A DNA stretch of 63,981 bases, counting the filler, from a bacterium (lineage in GTDB: Bacteria; JBBIVP01): assembly GCA_037439705.1 (NCBI GenBank). It is 5 parts of 5 records of this genome, joined end to end, with 100 filler letters (N's around TTAATTAATTAA, not from the genome) between each part and the next. Parts side by side here need not be neighbours in the genome. Positions count along the whole stretch, not along the records: positions 14,604 to 28,747 come from JBBIVP010000033.1; positions 28,848 to 42,902 come from JBBIVP010000034.1; 3 more parts are not named here. The stretch is one strand, 5' to 3'. Both the position numbers and the translations under genes were made by a program. The notes beneath the pieces were generated by a model. The model was not told where the DNA came from. It did not search any database and saw nothing but the letters and a program-made list of their open reading frames with translations. Each line of letters starts with the position of its first letter. Positions within the stretch are counted from its first letter, which is position 1. Below are positions 22,101-28,848 of the stretch, piece by piece.

Positions 22101-22313
22101 TGTGTTGACCCATGTCCATTTAAAGCAATCACACTTCTTGAATATATGTGGCAGGGCTCAATAAAGAAGGTTGTCGAGGTTAACGAAAGCCTATGCAAGG
22201 GTTGTGGATGCTGTATGGCTACCTGTCCAAAGAGGGGAGCAATGGTTAAAGGTTTCACCCTTGACCAGATAAGCGCACAGATTAATGCAGCTCTTGAATC
22301 AATGGAGGTGTGA
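19113..22313 (+). CDS. Fusion of a NuoG/HydA N-terminal Fe-S domain with the remainder of a double-module HdrA
   Basis: aa 1-180: CYH..GACRLC..ASC plus 2x[4Fe-4S]. Then PQAVP, EFER, QCVGSRD..CSAVCC, VFVCHCG, ASCTPR, NIRDQC, a second GGGLAG/QCVGSRD..CSRICC module and a C-terminal ferredoxin. Confidence 0.88.
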   Translation: MKSVEVIINEKKVEEGTKLINAIEKAGFSVPILCYHKVLSPYGACRLCLVEVKTPGRAPALQASCSYPVHEGIEVLTDTERVKKARIMVAELLLARCPDSDLIKTIAYAHGVKEPRIRKKNDDCIYCGLCVRMCEERMGRSAIGFTGRGPRKKLEPPFGKHNEMCWTCGACNFICPVGKKVTVLTTKRPFIPIPNTFNMGLDSRPSIFILYPQAVPNKAMIDKNTCIHLNYEACGICKEVCPAGAINYEDKEKKIELNVGAIIVAPGYEPFDAKLKEEYGYGKYPNVVSALEFERILSASGPYSGNVLRPSDKKHPKRIAFIQCVGSRDNERDYCSAVCCMYATKEAVYVRAYSKLFEAYYETAKKQGVRYIRCRPAKIEEVPETRNLIVHYLEEGDKKASHEYDMVVLSVGMLPPKSAKELAKRLGIELNEFNFCRTSVFSPVETVREGIYVAGPFTEPKDIPETVMQASASASRVLSLLSDVKGSLIKVKEYPPEIDVTGQEPRIGVFVCHCGTNIAGVVNVPQVVEYAKTLPNVIWAENFLYTCSADACEKIKERIKEYNLNRVIVASCTPRTHEVLFRSVIREAGLNEYLFEMANIRDQCSWVHMEEKEKSTKKAKDLVRMAVAKAVLLEPLQKGKLPITKGALVIGGGLAGMTSALELAEQGYNVYLVEKEKELGGNLRNIRYLFNGEDPQRELRGIIDKVKGNQKIHLFLESKVESVEGSVGNFKTSIKTKDGIKEVEHGVVIIAVGAKEYKPKEYLYGEDRRVITQRELEEKISSEGISSPKTFVMIQCVGSRDEERPYCSRICCNEAVKNALKIKEISPESNVYLLYRDIRTYGFKESYYTKARKEGVVFIRYREDRKPQVSKDGDKLIVSVYDSILGMEVEIPTDFLVLSAGVVPYEDNKEVAQLFKVPLTQDKFFLEAHIKLRPVDFATEGVFLAGLAHSPKLIEESVIQAQASAARASTILSHDHLELEANISHIIDENCDGCAYCVDPCPFKAITLLEYMWQGSIKKVVEVNESLCKGCGCCMATCPKRGAMVKGFTLDQISAQINAALESMEV

Positions 22314-22314
22314 A

Positions 22315-22740
22315 ATGGGAGAACAGGAAAAAAAGTTTGAGCCTTTTATCATCGCCTTCTGCTGTAACTGGTGCTCCTATGCAGGAGCGGATTTAGCAGG
22401 AGTATCAAGGCTTCAGTACCCGCCAAATGTTAGAATTATAAGGGTTATGTGTTCTGGTATGGTTCATCCAAATCTCGTCATAGATGCTTTGACAAAGGGC
22501 GCGGATGGCGTCATAATGTGTGGCTGTCATCCAGGTGATTGTCATTATCGGGAAGGAAATCTCAAGGCTCAGAAAAGGGCAGAGGGAATCCACCTTATGC
22601 TTGATGACCTCGGAATTGAAAGGGAAAGGTTCAGGCTTGAATGGGTTTCTGCCTCTGAGGGAATTAAATTCGCCCAGGTAATTAGTGAGTTTACTGAACA
22701 GATAAGAAAACTCGGACCAAATCCTATGAAAGGAGGGTAG
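22315..22740 (+). CDS. mvhD: MvhD [2Fe-2S] subunit
   Basis: FCCNWCSY..AD.AG, RVMCSG, GCHPGDCHY, WVSASE. Start set at MGEQ. Confidence 0.94.
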   Translation: MGEQEKKFEPFIIAFCCNWCSYAGADLAGVSRLQYPPNVRIIRVMCSGMVHPNLVIDALTKGADGVIMCGCHPGDCHYREGNLKAQKRAEGIHLMLDDLGIERERFRLEWVSASEGIKFAQVISEFTEQIRKLGPNPMKGG

Positions 22741-22742
22741 AG

Positions 22743-22943
22743 ATGAGGGTGAAAATAGTTGAGAGAAAAAAATTTATGTGGGATGGTAATGAATATAAGA
22801 CTGAAGAAGAGGCAAAGGATGCAATGCTCAAGTATAAATCTGATGGATTTGAGGTCCTAATGGAGAAAGGAGGTGATAAATACTACCTTTATACAAGAAG
22901 GGTTGCAGCGCAGGTGGTGGTTGAAGGAACTCCACCTGTTTAA
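22743..22943 (+). CDS. Small hypothetical protein (66 aa)
   Basis: Has its own SD (AGGAGG) and fills the mvhD-mvhG gap. Confidence 0.7.
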   Translation: MRVKIVERKKFMWDGNEYKTEEEAKDAMLKYKSDGFEVLMEKGGDKYYLYTRRVAAQVVVEGTPPV

Positions 22944-22961
22944 AAATAAAGGAGGTGAATC

Positions 22962-23885
22962 ATGGCTGTAAGAGTAGCAGAAGAGTGGTTCGCCATATGT
23001 GGGGGTTGTGAGGTCACAATCCTTGACATAGGCGAAAAGCTTCTTGACCTTCTGCCAAACCTTCAATTCGTCCATATCCCAGTTTTAATGGACCACAAGG
23101 TTTTCGGGCAGAAGGGAGAGAAGAAAAAGATGGAGATTCCACAGGCAGATGTTGGAATCATCGCGGGCTCAATAAGGAATGAGGAGAACAGGGAACTGGC
23201 GAAGGAGATGAGGGCAAAGTGCAAAACCCTTATTGCTCTTGGCTCCTGTGCCTGCTACGGAGGAATTCCCGCACTCGCAAACCTCTTCAAGTTAGATGAC
23301 CTATTGAAAAAGGTTTACAAGGAATCAAAGTCAACAGACCCAGCAGAGCCTCCCAAAGATAATATTCCATCTCTCGCCGACAGGGTGTATGCACTTGATG
23401 AGATTGTGAAGGTGGATGTCTATATCCCTGGATGCCCAACATCCCCAGACCTCGTAGTTGATGCCCTGACAGCCCTTCTTCAGGGAAAGCCATTTACCCT
23501 TCCAGAAAGGAGCGTATGCGATGACTGCCCAACACAGAGACAGAAGAAGGCGGACATCCAGCTGAAGAGACCCCTTGAGTCTGTGACAGACATAAGTAAG
23601 CCAGTGAATAAATCAAGGTGTTTTATGGAACTCGGTTATCTTTGCTTAGGACCAGTGACAAAATCAGGATGTGGAGGTCATGAAAAGGTTCCAAGATGCA
23701 TAAAGGGCTACATGCCATGCAGGGGCTGTTTCGGTCCAATCAGAAAGGGCGCAAATCCACTCGTTGAGATGATGGGAGCACTCTCAAGCATAGGGCTTGA
23801 TGCAAAGGTAATTGCTGACAGGGCACCCACAATTCAGAGGTACATAGGCGGGCACGGAAGGCTGAAACCAACGCCTGCAAGATAA
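22962..23885 (+). CDS. mvhG: Group 3c [NiFe]-hydrogenase small subunit
   Basis: CGGCE, GSCA, PGCP, VCDDC, CLGPVT..GC, CRGC. Strong SD AAAGGAGGTGA. Confidence 0.9.
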   Translation: MAVRVAEEWFAICGGCEVTILDIGEKLLDLLPNLQFVHIPVLMDHKVFGQKGEKKKMEIPQADVGIIAGSIRNEENRELAKEMRAKCKTLIALGSCACYGGIPALANLFKLDDLLKKVYKESKSTDPAEPPKDNIPSLADRVYALDEIVKVDVYIPGCPTSPDLVVDALTALLQGKPFTLPERSVCDDCPTQRQKKADIQLKRPLESVTDISKPVNKSRCFMELGYLCLGPVTKSGCGGHEKVPRCIKGYMPCRGCFGPIRKGANPLVEMMGALSSIGLDAKVIADRAPTIQRYIGGHGRLKPTPAR

Positions 23886-23900
23886 AAAGGAGGTGAAAAA

Positions 23901-25346
23901 ATGGGAGAAAGAATAGTAATACAACCAGTATCAAGGATTGAAGGGCATGCAAAGATAACAATTCAACTTGATGATGTAGGAAATGTGGAGAACACATGGG
24001 TGAATGTGATTGAACTAAGGGGATTTGAGAAGTTCTGTATAGGAAGACCTGTTGAGGAACTTCCGAGGATTATGACAAGCATATGCGGAGTCTGCCCATG
24101 GTCCCTCCACCTTGCCAGTGCAAAAGCAAATGATGCTGTATTCGGCGTTAAAATCCCACCCGCAGCAAAGAAACTGAGAGAACTATGCAATTCAATCGCC
24201 TATACAGAGGAACACATCCTTCACTTCTATTTCCTCGCAGGAGCGGACTTTGTAATGGGTCCGGATGCAGATTATTCAGTCAGGAATGTAATTGGAATAG
24301 CCCAGAAGCTTCCAGATGTTGCTAAGAGGGTTGTGAGGTGCAGGTGGCTCGGAGCAGAGATGCTTCAAATAGTTTCTGGAAAATCAATCCATCCTGTTAC
24401 AGCGGTTCCTGGTGGGTTCAGCAAGCCTTTGACAAAAGAAGAGGTTGAAAAATTAAAACCTATGGCTCAGGAGGTTCTTGACCTTGCAAAGTTTACAATT
24501 GATTATGCAAAGAAGAACATCTTTCCACAGTATCTTGATGCAGTAAAGACGCTCGGCGTAATAAAGACAGGCTTTCTCGGAACTGTAAGAGAGGATGGAA
24601 CATGGGATGTTTATGATGGAAAACTGAGGATGATGAACCCTGACGGAACCTACCTTGACTTCAAATATGAGGAATACACCGATTACATAGCAGAGCACAT
24701 TGAACCATGGTCATATCTGAAATTCCCCTATATGAAGAAGGCTGGAAAAATTGTTATGGACATTGACAATCCCGTTGGGGTTTACAGAACCAATACCCTT
24801 GCGAGGATAAATGTTTGTGATAAGATGCCAACCCCACTTGCTCAGGCTGAGCTTGAGGAGTTCAGGAAGAACTTCGGAAGACCAGCACAATTGACCCTCC
24901 TTTATCATTGGGCAAGGCTGATTGAACTTCTTGCAAATGCAGAATATGTGGTTCAACTTCTTAATGACCCTGAAATAACGAGCACAGATATAAGGGTTCC
25001 TGTTAAACCCAGAGCTGCAAGGGGAGTTGGATGCGTTGAGGCACCAAGGGGAACACTCATTCACGATTATGAGACAGACGAAAATGGAATTGTTACAAAT
25101 GTCAACCTCATAGTTGGAACAACACATAACAATGCTGCAATCAATATGTCCGTTAAGAAATCTGCGAAGGAGCTCATAAAGAATGGTAAGTATGATGAGG
25201 GAATACTAAACAAACTTGAAATGGCAATAAGGGCTTATGACCCATGCCTTTCCTGCGCCACCCACAAGCTTGATGGTTCTATACCAGTTAAAGTAACAGT
25301 CATAGGACCTGATTACCAGATCATAGATACCCTTAAGAACTTCTGA
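23901..25346 (+). CDS. mvhA: Group 3c [NiFe]-hydrogenase large subunit
   Basis: RIEGH, RGFE, ICGVC (L1), EAPRG, DPCLSCATH (L2) followed by a cleavable tail. Confidence 0.93.
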   Translation: MGERIVIQPVSRIEGHAKITIQLDDVGNVENTWVNVIELRGFEKFCIGRPVEELPRIMTSICGVCPWSLHLASAKANDAVFGVKIPPAAKKLRELCNSIAYTEEHILHFYFLAGADFVMGPDADYSVRNVIGIAQKLPDVAKRVVRCRWLGAEMLQIVSGKSIHPVTAVPGGFSKPLTKEEVEKLKPMAQEVLDLAKFTIDYAKKNIFPQYLDAVKTLGVIKTGFLGTVREDGTWDVYDGKLRMMNPDGTYLDFKYEEYTDYIAEHIEPWSYLKFPYMKKAGKIVMDIDNPVGVYRTNTLARINVCDKMPTPLAQAELEEFRKNFGRPAQLTLLYHWARLIELLANAEYVVQLLNDPEITSTDIRVPVKPRAARGVGCVEAPRGTLIHDYETDENGIVTNVNLIVGTTHNNAAINMSVKKSAKELIKNGKYDEGILNKLEMAIRAYDPCLSCATHKLDGSIPVKVTVIGPDYQIIDTLKNF

Positions 25347-25350
25347 TTTT

Positions 25351-25377
25351 AGGGGGGTTAACCCCCCTTTTCTTTTT
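25351..25377 (+). terminator. Intrinsic terminator after mvhA
   Basis: AGGGGGG-TTAA-CCCCCCT hairpin followed by TTTCTTTTT. Confidence 0.8.
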
Positions 25378-25851
25378 ATGAAGCCAAAAAGGATAATCGT
25401 TTTAGGGTGTGGGAATGTGTTGTTTGGAGATGATGGATTTGGTCCAGAGGTTGTAAAATTTCTTAACGAAAATTTTAAAATTCCTGATGATGTTGAGGCT
25501 ATTGATGCTGGAACGAGTGTTAGAAACATACTTTTTGACCTGGTTTTAAATCCGTCAAGGCCCGAGAAGGTTATTATAGTGGACGCAGTTGACATTGGAA
25601 GAACTCCGGGTGAGGTTTTTGAAATTGACATTTCATCAATTCCACCTATAAAAATTGATGACTTTTCAATGCACCAATTGCCAACATCAAGTCTCTTAAG
25701 GGAATTGAAGGATATATGCGGCGTTGATGTGAGAATAATATGCGTTCAGGTTCAGCATATTCCAGAAGAGGTGAAGCCTGGACTTTCAGATGTAGTAAAA
25801 AAGGCAATTCCCGTTGCCTGCGAAAGGATTTTAAAAGAAATTATTGATTAA
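25378..25851 (+). CDS. Hydrogenase maturation protease
   Basis: GCGNVLFGDDGFG, IDAGT, VDAV, SMH. Confidence 0.93.
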   Translation: MKPKRIIVLGCGNVLFGDDGFGPEVVKFLNENFKIPDDVEAIDAGTSVRNILFDLVLNPSRPEKVIIVDAVDIGRTPGEVFEIDISSIPPIKIDDFSMHQLPTSSLLRELKDICGVDVRIICVQVQHIPEEVKPGLSDVVKKAIPVACERILKEIID

Positions 25852-25859
25852 AATTTTCT

Positions 25860-25888
25860 TTGAAAATTAATTCTTAAGGGTTTAAAAT
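25860..25888 (+). promoter_or_regulatory. Sigma70-type promoter (candidate leaderless)
   Basis: TTGAAA-17 nt-TAAAAT, 7 nt before ATG 25896. Confidence 0.6.
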
Positions 25889-25895
25889 TTTCCAA

Positions 25896-26921
25896 ATGAA
25901 GCCTAATATATGCGTGATAGGGGCTGGATACTGGGGAAAAAACATTGTTAGGACTATTTACGAAATGGAATGCCTCTACGGAGTTTGCGAGATAGATATT
26001 AAAAAGATTGAAAAATTAAAAAATGAATATGAGTTCAAAGCATTTACCAACTTGAAGGATGCACTCAGAGACGAGAATATAGAAGGATATGCCATTGCTG
26101 TTCCTCCCTCTTCCCTTCCAAAAGTTGCTCTTGAGGTTTTGAAAAGAGAAAGGCATGCCTTTGTTGAAAAACCGCTTTCCCTTTCCTTAAAGGGAATAGA
26201 AAGGATGATGGAACTTTCAGAGAAACACGGAGTAGTTCTCATGGGGGGCTACATTCTTCTTTATAACGATGCCCTGTCGTTCATAAAAAACTGGTTCAAA
26301 TCCGAAAAACCCAGAACCTACTACATCTATTCCCAGAGACTTAACCTCGGAATAATAAGAAATGATGTGAATGTCTGGTGGAGTCTTGCTCCTCACGATG
26401 TTTCAATAATGAATTATCTGTTTGATGAAAAACCAGATTTCATCAGGGCATGGGGTTCTTCCTTCATAAGAAATGGTATAGAGGATGTTGTTCTGGGAGA
26501 GATTTCCTATTCGGACGGGATGAGGGTATACATTCATGTAAGCTGGATTGATCCGTGCAAGGTGAGAAGAACGGTATTCATTACGGACAAAGGAATGATA
26601 GAATTTGATGATACAAGGGCTGATGATAAGGTAAGGATTCATAAAAAAACCGTTGAAAAAAAGGAGGTTGAAAAGGGGCTTGGAGATTTTTCCTCTTTTG
26701 CTGAATTTCAGGTGATTCTCCGTTCAGGAGATACATTTATTCCAGCAATAAGGGTCAGGGAACCTTTGAAGGTTGAATTAGAGCATTTTGTTGATTGCAT
26801 AATCAAAAAGAAAAAGCCGCTCACAGATGGTTTATTTTCGTATCAGGTTTTAAAAGTCATCTCCGCCGGGGAAAGGGCTTTAAAATCCGAAAAAGGGGTG
26901 AGGATAAATTGGGAGAGATAA
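25896..26921 (+). CDS. Gfo/Idh/MocA-family oxidoreductase (sugar-nucleotide dehydrogenase-like)
   Basis: GAGYWG, VEKP, RLNLG, LAPHD. Confidence 0.88.
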   Translation: MKPNICVIGAGYWGKNIVRTIYEMECLYGVCEIDIKKIEKLKNEYEFKAFTNLKDALRDENIEGYAIAVPPSSLPKVALEVLKRERHAFVEKPLSLSLKGIERMMELSEKHGVVLMGGYILLYNDALSFIKNWFKSEKPRTYYIYSQRLNLGIIRNDVNVWWSLAPHDVSIMNYLFDEKPDFIRAWGSSFIRNGIEDVVLGEISYSDGMRVYIHVSWIDPCKVRRTVFITDKGMIEFDDTRADDKVRIHKKTVEKKEVEKGLGDFSSFAEFQVILRSGDTFIPAIRVREPLKVELEHFVDCIIKKKKPLTDGLFSYQVLKVISAGERALKSEKGVRINWER

Positions 26922-27547
26922 AGATATATCCAGGAGTAAAACTCGGGAAAGACTTAAGAATTGAAGAATGGGTTGAGATAGGGGTTCCTCCGAGGGATAA
27001 AGGTAATGAAATTCTTGAAACGGTTATAGGAGATAATGCATTTATAAGGTCAAAGAGCATTATATACGCGGGAACAAGGATTGGAAAAAATTTCTTCGCC
27101 GGGCATACAGTCATGATAAGGGAGAGGTGTATAATTGGAGATGATGTAAGTATTGGAACAGGGAGCGTTATTGAAAGGGATGTAAAGATAGGGAATGGCG
27201 TGAGAATTCATTCACAGGTTTTTATACCTGAATTTACGGAGATTGAAGATAGAGCATGGATTGGTCCAAGGGTTGTTATAACCAACTGCCTCCATCCATT
27301 GTGTCCTCAGAGCAAAAGATGCCTCAAAGGACCGTTAATAAAANNNNNNNNNNNNNNNNNNNNNNNNNNNNNNNNGGTTCTCCTTCCCGACATAATAATC
27401 GGCGAGAGGGCTTTTGTAGGAGCGGGTTCCGTTGTAACCTGTGATGTTCCTGAAGGAAAGGTTGTGGCAGGAAATCCAGCGAGAATAATAAAAGATATTT
27501 CAGAGCTTAAATGCCCATACAATTTTATTGATAAACCTTACAGGTAA
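26909..27547 (+). CDS. Hexapeptide-repeat N-acetyltransferase
   Basis: Left-handed beta-helix repeats, GAGSVVT, GNPAR. TTG start inferred; contains an N gap. Confidence 0.85.
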   Translation: MGEIKIYPGVKLGKDLRIEEWVEIGVPPRDKGNEILETVIGDNAFIRSKSIIYAGTRIGKNFFAGHTVMIRERCIIGDDVSIGTGSVIERDVKIGNGVRIHSQVFIPEFTEIEDRAWIGPRVVITNCLHPLCPQSKRCLKGPLIKXXXXXXXXXXXVLLPDIIIGERAFVGAGSVVTCDVPEGKVVAGNPARIIKDISELKCPYNFIDKPYR

Positions 27548-27677
27548 TTTTTAAATTATCTATGTTTCCATAAGGACACACTGTGTCTATGACAAGAAAC
27601 ATTTTGCTTATTTTTTTTAAATTTTTTTCTGGCATAAATTTTAAATATTTAATAAAATAAAATGGAGGTAAAAGGGA

Positions 27678-28427
27678 ATGAACTTTCTATATAATTTTCT
27701 TTTTTTGGGAGTTGCGGTTGTGTATTCAATGGCAGGGCTTGGAGGCGGAAGTATATATGTTGGACTTTTTTCTGCGTCAGATATGGAACACAGATTTATC
27801 CCTTCAACCAGTCTTTTTTTAAACATGGTTGTGACCTCTGCTGGATTTTTCAATTACAGAAAACACATAAATTTCAAAGAAAAAAATTTTTTAATACCTC
27901 TATATTTCCTCTCAATTGCAGGAGTTTACCTGGGAACAAAGGTGAATTTGAATTTAAAAAGAAAGGAATTTTTATTAATCCTTGGCATTCTGCTCATTCT
28001 TTCTGCAGTCATTTCTTTTTTCAAAAATAGGTTGAAGGTATACACAGGATTTAAGAAATCTTCTACAAAAAATAATGTTATTCTGTTTTGTAGTTTCATC
28101 TTTGGATTTTTTGCCGGACTTGTTGGAATAGCGGGCGGAGTATTTCTTTCGCCCCTTCTTTTAATTGCAGGATTTCATCCAAAAGAGATTGCTGGAATTA
28201 CTTCTCTTTATGTTTTTCTCAATTCCACATTGGGTTTTATGTTCCATTATTTTGAAAATAATGTGGATTTTTCAGTTATTTTTCCTTGTGTTTTTTTTGT
28301 TTTTACAGGCGGAATCATCGGTTCTTATCTTGGGTCTTTCAGATTTAATCCCGCTTTTGTGAATAAATTTCTTATATTTATAATATTTACAATAGGAACA
28401 AGAATAATATTGAAAGCAACCCGATAA
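27678..28427 (+). CDS. TauE/SafE-family (sulfite exporter-like) membrane protein
   Basis: Duplicated GLGGG / GIAGG..SP half-repeats, about eight TM segments. Confidence 0.82.
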   Translation: MNFLYNFLFLGVAVVYSMAGLGGGSIYVGLFSASDMEHRFIPSTSLFLNMVVTSAGFFNYRKHINFKEKNFLIPLYFLSIAGVYLGTKVNLNLKRKEFLLILGILLILSAVISFFKNRLKVYTGFKKSSTKNNVILFCSFIFGFFAGLVGIAGGVFLSPLLLIAGFHPKEIAGITSLYVFLNSTLGFMFHYFENNVDFSVIFPCVFFVFTGGIIGSYLGSFRFNPAFVNKFLIFIIFTIGTRIILKATR

Positions 28428-28430
28428 CTT

Positions 28431-28745
28431 TCATAAATCCTTTTTTGCCCGTGACATTCCCTCCTCCAGGATTTTCATTGCGAATCTGTAATCTTCAGGA
28501 GTATTTATATTAGCAAATATGATTTCTGGTTCCCCAAACTTTTCAATTTTTTGGCGCGGTATAAGACTTACACCATCCTCTATTGACCTTATAACATCAA
28601 AAAGACATAGCGAGTTTGAAAAAAGGTGCTTTTCAAAAACTTCAAGCACCTCCCTTTTAAACCCCATCGGAAAACCCCAGAGAGGGGATAAAACTGCTCT
28701 CGCCTTTTGCAGTTCTTCAATATAAATATTAAAAATATTTCTGTT
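28431..28745 (-). CDS. MobA-like nucleotidyltransferase, C-terminal fragment
   Basis: FANINTPEDY motif; frame is open to the contig edge. Confidence 0.65.
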   Translation of the reverse strand, partial: NRNIFNIYIEELQKARAVLSPLWGFPMGFKREVLEVFEKHLFSNSLCLFDVIRSIEDGVSLIPRQKIEKFGEPEIIFANINTPEDYRFAMKILEEGMSRAKKDL

Positions 28746-28747
28746 CA

Positions 28748-28847
28748 NNNNNNNNNNNNNNNNNNNNNNNNNNNNNNNNNNNNNNNNNNNNTTAATTAAT
28801 TAANNNNNNNNNNNNNNNNNNNNNNNNNNNNNNNNNNNNNNNNNNNN
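28748..28847. other. Artificial contig linker
   Basis: N44-TTAATTAATTAA-N44. Confidence 0.98.
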
Positions 28848-28848
28848 T

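Noticed and set aside
15978-25346. Selenocysteine recoding in hdrA, mvhD or mvhA
   Set aside because: The relevant ligand positions are Cys codons and the ORFs are uninterrupted.
27630-27646. Sigma54 promoter before the TauE-family gene
   Set aside because: TGGCA is present but the -12 TTGC element is not.
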